From positions 1 through 62,446 of the forward strand of contig JAJYWY010000003.1 in assembly GCA_021791245.1 (NCBI GenBank): DNA of 62,446 nucleotides, given 5' to 3'. Positions 35,369-44,767 of this stretch are shown piece by piece (the first letter of the stretch is position 1; every line of letters starts with the position of its first letter). The position numbers and the translations under genes are program-made. Under the pieces are notes generated by a model. It was not told the DNA's origin. It saw only the letters and a list, made by a program, of their open reading frames with translations, and searched no databases. Origin of the DNA: Candidatus Micrarchaeota archaeon. GTDB taxonomy: Archaea > Micrarchaeota > Micrarchaeia > Micrarchaeales > CABMGC01.

Positions 35369-36232
35369 ATGCTCCCGCAAATATGGCAAACGCATGGTGG
35401 TATAATGCATGAAAACAAAAGGAAGGAAAAAGTAGGCGAGATGCTCAGCGATCTCAAAAAGAGAACCAATGGATTCTACAGGATAATAAAAGAAGACATA
35501 AGAGAAATGAAGAGGATTGAGGATGTTGTTGAGAAGAATACAGATGCGGCGGATACGCTGCGCAGCTGCGGCAAGAGGGAAGAGGCGGCACACCTTATGG
35601 CTGCGCTTGGCCATGCGGTAAGGGAAACTGCTTATGGCAGCGGCATTGGAGAGCTCTCCGAAGACCCGTTCTGGAGAAAAAATACTAAATTGCAGAAAAC
35701 CGCTACAATATACATGTACGCTGCTGCCGAGATGGTTCACGTTTCATATTCTTCCCTGAAGGAATGGGACTTCCTTTCCGCTTCTGCATGGTGCGCCTAT
35801 GCCATAGATGTTATGGGCAGTTTCCCGCCTTCCCATACATCAATAAACCTGTGGCTTGAACTCAGGGAAAATGGGAAGAAGATAGAATTAGAATGGGACA
35901 ATACGACGCTTGGCTGCCCTGATGAAAAAATGCATAGCGGCTACATGGGTCGCACTATGCAGCCTCCTTCCCAAAAAGAGAAGGAAGGCGATGAATTTAG
36001 GGGCCAGGTTACAGAAAAGGTAAGAAACACCATACGGAGCGCGCTTAGGATAAAGAAGGACGACCTTGTAAGGATAATGGTAGAAGAGCATTACATAGAG
36101 ATTGTTATATCAGAGGAAGCATACGGCAAACTAAAGAATGGAGGGTTTATTAATTCCAGGAGGGATCTTTTGTCAAGATACCTTAAGAAGAATGTGGGCA
36201 TAATACCAAATATATCTATTCCGCCGCGTTAA
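35369..36232 (+). CDS. hypothetical protein
   Basis: 287-aa ORF, preferred over the antisense ORF 35177..35740 on composition. ATG 35405 (MHENKRK) is an alternative start. Confidence 0.4.
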   Translation: MLPQIWQTHGGIMHENKRKEKVGEMLSDLKKRTNGFYRIIKEDIREMKRIEDVVEKNTDAADTLRSCGKREEAAHLMAALGHAVRETAYGSGIGELSEDPFWRKNTKLQKTATIYMYAAAEMVHVSYSSLKEWDFLSASAWCAYAIDVMGSFPPSHTSINLWLELRENGKKIELEWDNTTLGCPDEKMHSGYMGRTMQPPSQKEKEGDEFRGQVTEKVRNTIRSALRIKKDDLVRIMVEEHYIEIVISEEAYGKLKNGGFINSRRDLLSRYLKKNVGIIPNISIPPR

Positions 36233-36262
36233 CCAGTCAGCCCTACATCCTGATATAAGCAA

Positions 36263-36568
36263 TCAGTCTATTACGTACTTTGATATTACCTTTGCGGTGT
36301 ATTCGAGCACCTTCTTCACGTTCGCTTCTGTGTTCGTGCCGGTGCAGATGAGCTTGCCATTCTTGAATAGTATTATCTTGGCCTTCGGCTCCTTAACCGC
36401 GAAGATTGCTCCTGGGAACTGCTCTGGCTCGTAGTCAACCTCCTTGACATTCTTAGATAGCGAATAAAGGTCTATAGTAGCATGCAGGTCAGCGCTGACA
36501 ACTATGTTCTGCACCTTTATGGCAGGTTTCATGTTAAGCTTCCGCTTTTGTTCGTTTTCTTTTGCCAT
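36263..36568 (-). CDS. single-repeat TATA-box-binding protein homologue ('half TBP', copy 2)
   Basis: MAKENEQKRKLNMKPAIKVQNIVVSADLHATIDLYSLSKNVKEVDYEPEQFPGAIFAVKEPKAKIILFKNGKLICTGTNTEANVKKVLEYTAKVISKYV. This is one TBP repeat preceded by a basic tail. ATG 36568 is preferred to TTG 36577. Confidence 0.85.
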   Translation of the reverse strand: MAKENEQKRKLNMKPAIKVQNIVVSADLHATIDLYSLSKNVKEVDYEPEQFPGAIFAVKEPKAKIILFKNGKLICTGTNTEANVKKVLEYTAKVISKYVID

Positions 36569-36794
36569 TAAACCCAATATTTATATCGCACACATATTTA
36601 TAAAGCCTATATGCACATTCGTAAAAGGCAATCTGGCAAAGGAATTTTTCCATGCGCTGATATGTTGGGTAAAAGCCAGCAAATCATATGCCGTTTTTCG
36701 CATCCTATATATTAATGAATACTCCAGAAACAGGCAATTCAAAAAATAAGCAATAGTTATATATTTTGTAGATAAACCATCTAAATGAAGATGT

Positions 36795-37667
36795 ATGCGT
36801 ATTAAGAGCCAATCTGCGATGGAGTACCTTATGACTTACGGATGGGCAATACTCATAATGGCAACAGTAATAGCTGCCTTATACGAACTTGGCGTATTCT
36901 CCATTAAAGGCCCAGCCGCTTCTCCAGGTTCTTGCCAGGTAAACAGGCCTGACGGACCTGGAACAGTAGACTTTATATCTCTCACAGGTCCATGCACAGG
37001 GCAGATGCCGCAGTATGTCGCACAGTTCAATCAGGTTAGTGTATGCACTTCTGGTAATGTCCCAATATATGTAACCTCGATAGGGGAGACAACAATGAAT
37101 CAGCTTACAATAACTGCGTGGGTGTATATAACTAGCGACTCGAATACTAATGGCCTCCTTCATTTAACTACCAATAATTGTGTGCCAGGTAATTTTTGCG
37201 GTATATGGATTAATGGTGCCTCTCACGTAAATATCGGCGCAGGCGATACCCAGGCCAACTATCCGTCAAACATTATTCCGGATAGTTGGTCATTTATTGC
37301 GATAGTACTTAATAATTTAGGCGGTGCAAAAGCATATTTGAATGGCAATCCTGGCACACCAGCTACCTGGAGCGGACCTCTGACAGGCGTAAGCTCTTTC
37401 AACATGCTTGGATACCTTAACGGATGCCCGGATACTTCAGCAGCAAGCATTTCCAACGTCCAAATCTACAACACTGCATTATCCCAAAATGACATTATAG
37501 CGCTTTACCAGGAAGGAATAGGTGGTGCACCCATTAATCTGCAGCATCTTGTAGGATGGTGGCCTCTTAACGGCAATGCAAATGACTATAGCGGAAACGG
37601 CAACGATGGGGCAGCGTCAAACTTAATATATATACAGAATTGGCAGACAGGATACACGGCACCTTGA
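36795..37667 (+). CDS. class III signal peptide (pilin-like) protein with LamG/concanavalin-A-like lectin domain
   Basis: The N-terminus is MRIKSQSAMEYLMTYGWAILIMATVIAALYELGVF. The body reads LTITAWVY.......GLLHL....WSFIAIVLNN.GGAKAYLNG........ISNVQIYNTALSQNDIIALYQEG, which is the LamG pattern. Confidence 0.7.
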   Translation: MRIKSQSAMEYLMTYGWAILIMATVIAALYELGVFSIKGPAASPGSCQVNRPDGPGTVDFISLTGPCTGQMPQYVAQFNQVSVCTSGNVPIYVTSIGETTMNQLTITAWVYITSDSNTNGLLHLTTNNCVPGNFCGIWINGASHVNIGAGDTQANYPSNIIPDSWSFIAIVLNNLGGAKAYLNGNPGTPATWSGPLTGVSSFNMLGYLNGCPDTSAASISNVQIYNTALSQNDIIALYQEGIGGAPINLQHLVGWWPLNGNANDYSGNGNDGAASNLIYIQNWQTGYTAP

Positions 37668-37877
37668 TATATCCAACTTCACACTTAGTTTATAAATTGG
37701 AATATTTACAGCATATTTTCTGCGTTTCTAGTAGCTTAACATTCTATATTGGCAGTTGAAGCATGTACACTAATTATTGAAAATATGGGCAGTGTTGGCG
37801 CATAGATGTTTGATTTATCATGCGTTTGCAGCCGCAGTACAATTTATATAGATTGATTTCGATGTTTATGTGATTAT

Positions 37878-39023
37878 ATGCGAAAGGCTTTTGAAGTTAT
37901 ACCGGAGGAATTCGTCTCAGATACAAGCATTTATGATTTTAAAATTTCTGTAACTGAGGCAGTAGAGAAGATTGGCAGGCACGGCGCGGTAATAGTAAGG
38001 AAGAACAATACATATTACGGAATAGTTGACGATCGCTCACTAACCAGGAAAGCGAATTTTCAGATAACAAAGAATATGTCCATAGGGAATTTTGCGGAAA
38101 AAACGCCAATACTTTACAACGGCAGCACAATAGAGAATGCCATAGTCTATTTCTACAACAGCGCCAGGAAGGCGCTTCCTTACCATAATGGGAAGAAGAT
38201 TTCAGGGATAGTGAAAAGGGAAAAGATTCTTGATTCTATTCTGTCGCTTCACCTGCTCAGGGATTTCATAGTAAAGGATGCCATGACTTCTCCCGTAATA
38301 GGAATAGACTCCAGGGCAAACATCGCACAAGCCAAGGACGTAATGGTCTCAAGGAACCTGAACAGGCTTGTAGTTCTTGAGAATGCCAAGCTTTTCGGGA
38401 TAATAACTTACAAGGATCTTATGTCGATAATGGCATCGCCTAATGAAAGGGCCCCGTCAATGACAAAATCTTTTTATAATCCTTCAAACACTCAGGTGGG
38501 AAGCATATGCATAAGGAACGTAAACACGATAGATCCTGAAAAAAGCATAGAAGACGCAATAAGAAAGATGCTCAACGACAAGGTATCGTCTCTTCTAGTG
38601 CTAAAGAATGGAAAGCCAACAGGCATACTCACGATGAAGGATATATTCGAGCTTGTTGTTGCTAACCTTCCGCAGGATAGGCCAAATATTATAATATCCG
38701 GGCTTGATGAATACACAAAGGAGTATGAGGAAGAAATACGGACTTCCCTCACCATGTTATTTGAGAAGCTCAACAAGATGCACAAATTCAGCTCTGATTA
38801 TGTATCAATCAATATAAAGAGGAATGCACCAAAGAACAACTATAGCATAAAAGCAAGGATAATGTCATATCATGGGAAGTCGTTCTCCGCATCTTCCGAA
38901 GGTTTCACCCTTGACCAGGCGATGAAGAATCTTACAGGAATCATCTCAAAGGAGATAAAGAAAAACAAGGAGATGATTATAACAGGCACAAGAGAAAAGG
39001 AAAGACCTGAGGAATATGAATAG
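37878..39023 (+). CDS. CBS-domain protein fused to an HPF/RaiA (S30AE)-like C-terminal domain
   Basis: There are two CBS pairs (e.g. VIGIDSRANIAQAKDVMVSRNLNRLVVLENAKLFGIITYKDLM). The C-terminus is NIIISGLDEYTKEYEEEIRTSLTMLFEKLNKMHKFSSDYVSINIKRN...YSIKARIMSYHGKSFSASSEGFTLDQAMKNLTGIISKEIKKNKE. It follows the beta-alpha-beta-beta-beta-alpha HPF pattern: NI.I.G....T....E.I...L.KL.K, then V.I, then Y.I...I...G....AS.E, then A......L..E..K.KE. Confidence 0.6.
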   Translation: MRKAFEVIPEEFVSDTSIYDFKISVTEAVEKIGRHGAVIVRKNNTYYGIVDDRSLTRKANFQITKNMSIGNFAEKTPILYNGSTIENAIVYFYNSARKALPYHNGKKISGIVKREKILDSILSLHLLRDFIVKDAMTSPVIGIDSRANIAQAKDVMVSRNLNRLVVLENAKLFGIITYKDLMSIMASPNERAPSMTKSFYNPSNTQVGSICIRNVNTIDPEKSIEDAIRKMLNDKVSSLLVLKNGKPTGILTMKDIFELVVANLPQDRPNIIISGLDEYTKEYEEEIRTSLTMLFEKLNKMHKFSSDYVSINIKRNAPKNNYSIKARIMSYHGKSFSASSEGFTLDQAMKNLTGIISKEIKKNKEMIITGTREKERPEEYE

Positions 39024-39480
39024 AACTAAGTCTCAGGCAAGCTTCGAGCTCCTTATAACGCTAGCCCTCGGCTTGTCCATACTTCTGCCAATAGTCGCTT
39101 ACGCTTTCCTGCAGATAGCGAATTCCAGCTCGTCGCTTGCCTCGGTGGAAGCCCAGCAGGCGGCATCGAAGCTTTCTACAGTTGCTACATTAGTCGGCAG
39201 CGAAGGCCCGCCTTCACGCCAGGTGGTACAGGTTCAGATTCCTCCAGGAGTCGAGAACATATATGTAGGGACAGAAAACAACAGCATAGGCCACGAGATA
39301 ATATTTACTGTCAGGTCGCCGAATGGCCTGAGCTATATAACCTCATACACATCAGTGAATGTAAGCGGGAATATTGGTGGAATAAGCCTCCCAGGAACTT
39401 ACTTAATAAATGAGACATCTTTCAATACCTGCCCATTCCAGGTGCCTGTACCATGCGTTTATATAACCCCAGTAACATGA
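39016..39480 (+). CDS. class III signal peptide (pilin-like) protein
   Basis: MNRTKSQASFELLITLALGLSILLPIVAYAFL has a basic tip, Q-A/S and a hydrophobic helix. The start overlaps the CBS gene stop by 8 nt. Confidence 0.6.
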   Translation: MNRTKSQASFELLITLALGLSILLPIVAYAFLQIANSSSSLASVEAQQAASKLSTVATLVGSEGPPSRQVVQVQIPPGVENIYVGTENNSIGHEIIFTVRSPNGLSYITSYTSVNVSGNIGGISLPGTYLINETSFNTCPFQVPVPCVYITPVT

Positions 39481-39551
39481 TGTTACTGTAAATAGCCTAC
39501 TCTAGTTTTTTATTGTTTTGCTGGTAAATGTAATGCAACAGATGCGTATAT

Positions 39552-39626
39552 GGGTCCGTAACTCAGCTTGGCCAGAGTGGAAGGCTTTTAACCTTTAAGT
39601 CGTGGGTTCAAATCCCACCGGGCCCG
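39552..39626 (+). tRNA. tRNA-Lys(UUU)
   Basis: Acceptor GGGTCCG/CGGGCCC (one G-U), D arm ACTC-AGCTTGGCCA-GAGT, anticodon stem GAAGG/CCTTT with loop CTTTTAA, variable AAGTC, T arm GTGGG-TTCAAAT-CCCAC, discriminator G. Length 75 nt. Confidence 0.9.
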
Positions 39627-39668
39627 CATGTATTTAATTTAATACTTGATAATACAATAGATAACATT

Positions 39669-40199
39669 ATGAAAATCATAGTCATATATGGGCCACCCGC
39701 AGTAGGGAAGCTCGCTGTTGCGCAGGAGCTTGCCAATATCACCGGCTACAAACTGCTCCACAATCACCTTGCAATAGATTTAGTAGAATCCGTTTTGGAC
39801 AGGAAGAAAAACAAGTTCTGGGAGCTCATAGACTCGTATAGGCTAAGCCTTCTCGATGCTGCAGCGCAGGAGAGCGTAGATGGCGTCATACTAACTTCGG
39901 TAAACATAAAAGGAAAAGACGATGCGTTCATAAAGAGCCTTATAGACATTGCGAAAAAGAATTCTGGGGATATATATTTCGTCCATCTTAAGTGCGAGAT
40001 GAATAAGCTCAAGGGCAGGCTTCAGGAACCATCGAGAAAAGAACATGGTAAATTGATGGATATAAAAACATTCGAACGCTTCGTATCGGAAAACGATGTT
40101 TTCGATCCTATCCCATTTGTCGATTCTTTCAGCATCGATAATACAAATGTCTCCGCAGCAGAGGCGGCTATGAGAATAAAGAAGCATTATAAGCTCTAG
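39669..40199 (+). CDS. P-loop kinase-like ATP-binding protein
   Basis: MKIIVIYGPPAVGKLAVAQELA carries Walker A GxxxxGK. The 176-aa size fits a small nucleotide/shikimate-kinase-like fold. Specificity is unknown. Confidence 0.55.
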   Translation: MKIIVIYGPPAVGKLAVAQELANITGYKLLHNHLAIDLVESVLDRKKNKFWELIDSYRLSLLDAAAQESVDGVILTSVNIKGKDDAFIKSLIDIAKKNSGDIYFVHLKCEMNKLKGRLQEPSRKEHGKLMDIKTFERFVSENDVFDPIPFVDSFSIDNTNVSAAEAAMRIKKHYKL

Positions 40200-40987
40200 G
40201 CACTTCCCCTAATCATGCTTAAAAGCGATTCATGAATGATTCCATTCGACATTAAAGCGCCTTTTATTTTCCTTCCATCGTATACTATCTTATTGCCTTC
40301 AAGATCCGTCACTTTTCCCCCTGCCTCGCAAATTATTACATCAAGGGCAGCGCTGTCATGCGAATCAATTGCAGGATGGAATGATGCTGCAAACTTGCCT
40401 GCAGCAACTCTTGAGCCATTGCACACTATGGAGCCAGGCATAAACACTGCCCCCCCTTTCCCAATAATACTTGCATGCAATCTCTGCAGATCTATCGGGT
40501 TTGTTTGCGCGCCAGCCCAGTAGCAGAATCCGAATGCTGAACCTTTTATGGATTTGTCTTTTGATACCGATATCTTCTCGCCATTCATAAACGATCCTTT
40601 GCTTTCCACTGCATAATACATTCTGTCAGAAATAGGCTCGTAAACTACCCCTACAAGGGCAATCCCAGAAACCGTGAATGCCAAAGAAAATGAAAAAGTT
40701 GGCAGCCCGTTATAAAATGCGGAAGTACCATCAACAGGATCGCAGATCCATACCATATTGCTTTTGTTGAGATAATTTCCTTCTTCAGATAGCACTTCGT
40801 GATAAGGAAATTCCCTCTTTATTGCAGATATAAGGTTTGAATTTATAACTTTGTCTGTGCTTGTCACTATTGAACCGTCTTCCTTTATTTCCTTGCCTAC
40901 CCCTGTCTTGAAGTCGGTCCTCATCTGTTCTCCGGCATTTCTTGCAAAATCGACTGCGAAATCTTTAAGATACTCTAAGTCTACCAA
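40196..40987 (-). CDS. suhB: inositol monophosphatase / fructose-1,6-bisphosphatase family protein
   Basis: Contains VLSEEG, WICDPVDGTSAF (DPxDGT metal site) and a C-terminal ...HDSAALDVIICEAGG (WDxAA-type motif). Confidence 0.85.
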   Translation of the reverse strand: MVDLEYLKDFAVDFARNAGEQMRTDFKTGVGKEIKEDGSIVTSTDKVINSNLISAIKREFPYHEVLSEEGNYLNKSNMVWICDPVDGTSAFYNGLPTFSFSLAFTVSGIALVGVVYEPISDRMYYAVESKGSFMNGEKISVSKDKSIKGSAFGFCYWAGAQTNPIDLQRLHASIIGKGGAVFMPGSIVCNGSRVAAGKFAASFHPAIDSHDSAALDVIICEAGGKVTDLEGNKIVYDGRKIKGALMSNGIIHESLLSMIRGSA

Positions 40988-41268
40988 AAAACCACTATTA
41001 TCCTTTAGTTCATTTGCCGTATTTATGCCTTACTATGCATTTGTTTGTGATTGCAGGTTTTGGATTGGAAGCCATATGTAGGAAGTTGGCAAATAGAAAA
41101 TGCACAAACCTTGATACGTCATAAACGTATATACTTGTTTTCTTTTTGAAAGAAAGCAAAAGAGGTCCCGATTTATTCGGAATAAAAAGTGGCCTTTTGG
41201 ATTCAAATGTCAACTTCCTAAGCCATATGGGCCAACATATGATTTATATAGATTAGAGTTTTATTTAT

Positions 41269-41853
41269 GTGGGACAAAATGATGCTATGAAACAGAGTTT
41301 GCTTAAAACTTACGAATTCAGGAAGCTCATTAAGCTTGTAATTATATTCATGCTCTTGGGGCTGCTCTTCTATTTCGTGAAATTAGGGCAGTGGAGCTGG
41401 GATATACTTCTTGCAGGCGCGCTGATATGGTGCGCTATTGAAGTGAATAGGAACAAGAGCAAATATAGCCTGTACAATGCAATAAAGATAGGCGCGTTCC
41501 TCCTGATCTTCGACTTTATCTTCGAAAACACGGGATGGATCTTTGGATTGTGGCAGACTTTCAGCACGGTATATGTTGGCGTGGTTCCGATACAGGTCAT
41601 GGGAATAGCTTTCTTTGGAGGAATAGCATGGGCCCTCTACCTCCCTAAAAGATTCAGCTTCTGGCATTCGTTCCCTGATGCGTTGGTATTCGGGCTTTTC
41701 GGTGCTCTGGGAGAATGGCTTCTTATCCAGCAGGGCCTCTTCGTGTACAAACTCTGGTGGACAAGCATATTTGCATTCTTCTCCTACTTCCTTACATGGT
41801 GCCTGCTGCACTTCATCAGATACAACGTGTTCAAGGACAAAAATGCAAAATAG
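41269..41853 (+). CDS. integral membrane protein, unknown function
   Basis: 194 aa with about 6 TM segments. GTG at 41269 / ATG at 41287. Confidence 0.45.
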   Translation: MGQNDAMKQSLLKTYEFRKLIKLVIIFMLLGLLFYFVKLGQWSWDILLAGALIWCAIEVNRNKSKYSLYNAIKIGAFLLIFDFIFENTGWIFGLWQTFSTVYVGVVPIQVMGIAFFGGIAWALYLPKRFSFWHSFPDALVFGLFGALGEWLLIQQGLFVYKLWWTSIFAFFSYFLTWCLLHFIRYNVFKDKNAK

Positions 41854-41930
41854 ATAGGGATGATCAATGCTTATAACTGAAAGTATTGATATGGCCGATG
41901 CATGACTGCAGTGCTGATGCAGATTAAGCT

Positions 41931-44261
41931 TCAGTCGCACTTGCTATATCCGCACTCCTTGCAGTATATGCATCCGTTCTCGTTTACTAGGCTTTCCTCG
42001 TGGCACTTGGGGCATGTCGAGATGCCGATGGTCTTGTAATCAGAATCTGATGCCTGCCTTGCATTCCTATGCTGTTCTGCTTTTAGCGGTTCGGGCTTTG
42101 CATCTGCAAGCGTCATCTGCTGACTCTTGCCTATCATAGCTTCTACGGCCTTTGCTATAGCATCTGGAACGCTCAGCAGTTTCATCCCGTTGTCCCATGA
42201 TACATTATTGCCTTGTATGCCTTTCAGCTTCTGCACTACCATATTCGGATCTCCGTCATGCTGGAGATACAGGCTTATAAGCTTGCCAAGCGCCTCGCAG
42301 TAGCTCTTATCCTCATACCCTGACTTCCCTATGTTTATGAATACTTCGCGTAGGCCTTTGTCATCGCTGTTTGTTGTGACATATATTGATTCATCCACAA
42401 GGTTCATCCTGACAGTCTGGCCCATCATTACATTTGGCCTTCTGTAAACCTTTTCTGCCTGCGGAAGCGGACTCTCATTCTTCTCAAGCTCCTTCGCCTT
42501 CTCTTCGGTAAGAAGCACGCTTTCGCGCGAATTGTCCCTGTATATGGAGATGCTTTTGCATCCTGCTTTCCATGCCTGCATGTAAATGTTCGCGACTTCC
42601 TCTACTGTGGTGCTCTCTGGAAGGTTGACTGTTGATGATATTGCGCTGTCTATGTGCTTCTGTATTACTGCCTGCATATTAACCCTGAAATCAGGCTTTA
42701 TCTTATGTGCGGGAACGAAAAATTCTGGCAATTCATCCTCGGACTTAAGGCCGAACTTCTTCATGTATTCCATCACTGTAGGATGGTATATCTTGAAGAA
42801 CTCTTTAGAGAGCGATTCCGATCTTCTGGTATAGCTGAAAGCGAATATGGGCTCAATCCCGCTTGACGTGCCTGCCAGCACGGAGCCGCTGCCCACAGGG
42901 GCTATTGTTAGTATTGCCACGTTCCTAAGCCCATTCTTCTTTATCTTTGCCTTTAGGTCATCGCTAAGATTCTTTATGAAAGGCATGGACAGGTGCTTCT
43001 CGGAGTCAAAGAGCGGAAATTGCCCTTTTTCCTCTGATATATTCGTACTTTCGTCATATGCCCAGGTTTTCATCCTATCCATAAACTGGTCTACGAACTT
43101 GAGCGCCTCTTCGCTGTCATATTTTATGCCCAACATGACAAGCATATCTCCAAGGGCAGTGAAGCCAAGGCCTATCCTTCTGCTGTTCCTGCTTGCCTCG
43201 GTTTGCTCTTTTAGCGGATGCTTTTCCATGTTATATGTAAGCACGTTATCAAGGAATCGCGCCCCATACCTAATTGTAGTCTCAAGGTCTTTCCAATTTA
43301 CCTCGGCTTTTTCTGAAAATGGGTTATTTACGAACTTCTTTAGGTTGACATGGCCAAGGTCGCAGGCGTTATAAGGGTCGAGCGGCTGTTCAGAGCATGG
43401 ATTAGTAGTCAGAACATTCATCCCATTGTACTCGCTAGGCGAATATTTCCTTATGTTGTCCCAAAACATTATCCCAGGCTCTGCCCAGTCCCTTGCAGAA
43501 GTAACGAGCTCCTTCCACAGTTCCCTGGCTTTGACTGTACGTTCTATCTTGCCAGCATCCGGGCTCTCGTACCTTAGTGTGAAGTCCTTATCGTCTTCCA
43601 CCGCTTTCATGAATTCATCTGTCACTTTCACGCTTATGTTCGCGAACCTTACGCTCTTCAGGTTTCTCTTTACCTTTATGAATTCGAAAATATCTGGATG
43701 GTCAACACTTATGGTTATCATCAGCGCCCCTCTTCTGCCCGCCTGGCCTATTATCCCTGTTGTTTGGCTCATTATCTCCATGAAAGAAACAGCCCCGGTA
43801 GAATACATTGATGAGTTGTGGACAGGAGCCATTCTTGGCCTAAGTATCGATATGTCTCCGCCGACTCCTCCGCTGTAGCTGTATGTCTTCGCCGCTTCCT
43901 TGCACCACTGGAAGATGCCCTCTATAGAATCCTCCTTTATTGGTATCACATAGCAATTGAGCAAAGTTACCTTCCTCTTCGGCTGCCCTGCGCCGAACAT
44001 TATCCTGCCTCCAGGTATGAACTTGAATCCTTCTAATACAGAATAGAATTTTTCAGCCCATTCCTTCTTCTTGGCTTCGTTCTGTTCTACTCCCGCTATT
44101 TCTCTTGAAATCCTTCTCCACATCTCGTCCGGGGTCTTTTCAAGCTTGTTCCCATGTACATCCCTGAGCGTGTACTTCTCATAGAACACTCTAGCCCTCA
44201 GCTCGTCTCCGCCAAAAAAATCCAATGTTTCCTTAGGTATCTCCACAACTTCATCTTTCAT
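41931..44261 (-). CDS. nrdJ: class II (adenosylcobalamin-dependent) ribonucleoside-triphosphate/diphosphate reductase with C-terminal zinc ribbon
   Basis: Contains TNPCSEQPLDPYNACDLGHVNL (active-site Cys/Glu), GGVGGDISILRP and IAPVGSGS. The C-terminus is CPKCHEESLVNENGCIYCKECGYSKC. I placed the start at ATG 44261 (MKDEVVEIPK) so it does not overlap the nrdR stop. Confidence 0.9.
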   Translation of the reverse strand: MKDEVVEIPKETLDFFGGDELRARVFYEKYTLRDVHGNKLEKTPDEMWRRISREIAGVEQNEAKKKEWAEKFYSVLEGFKFIPGGRIMFGAGQPKRKVTLLNCYVIPIKEDSIEGIFQWCKEAAKTYSYSGGVGGDISILRPRMAPVHNSSMYSTGAVSFMEIMSQTTGIIGQAGRRGALMITISVDHPDIFEFIKVKRNLKSVRFANISVKVTDEFMKAVEDDKDFTLRYESPDAGKIERTVKARELWKELVTSARDWAEPGIMFWDNIRKYSPSEYNGMNVLTTNPCSEQPLDPYNACDLGHVNLKKFVNNPFSEKAEVNWKDLETTIRYGARFLDNVLTYNMEKHPLKEQTEASRNSRRIGLGFTALGDMLVMLGIKYDSEEALKFVDQFMDRMKTWAYDESTNISEEKGQFPLFDSEKHLSMPFIKNLSDDLKAKIKKNGLRNVAILTIAPVGSGSVLAGTSSGIEPIFAFSYTRRSESLSKEFFKIYHPTVMEYMKKFGLKSEDELPEFFVPAHKIKPDFRVNMQAVIQKHIDSAISSTVNLPESTTVEEVANIYMQAWKAGCKSISIYRDNSRESVLLTEEKAKELEKNESPLPQAEKVYRRPNVMMGQTVRMNLVDESIYVTTNSDDKGLREVFINIGKSGYEDKSYCEALGKLISLYLQHDGDPNMVVQKLKGIQGNNVSWDNGMKLLSVPDAIAKAVEAMIGKSQQMTLADAKPEPLKAEQHRNARQASDSDYKTIGISTCPKCHEESLVNENGCIYCKECGYSKCD

Positions 44262-44277
44262 ATAGTCACCGCAAACA

Positions 44278-44763
44278 TCATTTCTTTTTATTTCCTCCGG
44301 CTTTCTTCTTTCCATCCCTGCCCTTGAAGAGGGACAATGCCTTTATGAACTCTTCCGGAGATCCGAAATCGTTGTATACGCTGGCAAACCTTATATATGC
44401 CACAGGGTCGAGCTTCAGCAGCTCTTTCATAGCCATATTGCCTATTATTTTGCTTGATACCTCATTGTCTCCTTCCGCCTTTATCCTAAGCTCGACCTTG
44501 TCAGCTATGCGCTCTATTTCCTCTCTTCCTACCGGTCTCTTTTCGCAGGCTTTCGCAAGACCTATGATAAGCTTGCTCCTGTCGAAAAGTTCCCTTTTTT
44601 TGTCTTTCTTTATCACTGTTATGTTAGAGCTGCCTATCCTTTCGTATGTGGTGAATCTCTTTTTGCATTTCACGCACTGGCGCCTTCTCCTTATGCTCTC
44701 GCTGTCAACATCCCTTGAATCTATGACTTGGATGCTTTCCGAAGAACAAAAAGGGCAATTCAT
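44278..44763 (-). CDS. nrdR: NrdR-family transcriptional repressor (zinc ribbon + ATP-cone)
   Basis: MNCPFCSSESIQVIDSRDVDSESIRRRRQCVKCKKRFTTYERI is a near-textbook NrdR N-terminus. An ATP-cone follows (ITVIKKDKKRELFDRSKLIIGL...). It lies directly upstream of nrdJ. Confidence 0.9.
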   Translation of the reverse strand: MNCPFCSSESIQVIDSRDVDSESIRRRRQCVKCKKRFTTYERIGSSNITVIKKDKKRELFDRSKLIIGLAKACEKRPVGREEIERIADKVELRIKAEGDNEVSSKIIGNMAMKELLKLDPVAYIRFASVYNDFGSPEEFIKALSLFKGRDGKKKAGGNKKK

Positions 44764-44767
44764 AAAA

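Noticed and set aside
35177-35740. 187-aa minus-strand ORF overlapping the end of the GT4 gene and the start of ORF 35369..36232.
   Set aside because: It overlaps a well-supported GT4 C-terminus by 160 nt. It also has a pyrimidine-rich sense strand, unlike all confident genes here. The + strand ORF is kept, at low confidence.
41170-41190. A third occurrence of TCGGAATAA, the core of the repeat upstream of the T4SS-like operon.
   Set aside because: Only a 9-mer matches, and roughly 0.5 such matches are expected by chance in this window on both strands. The flanks do not match the 14-mer.
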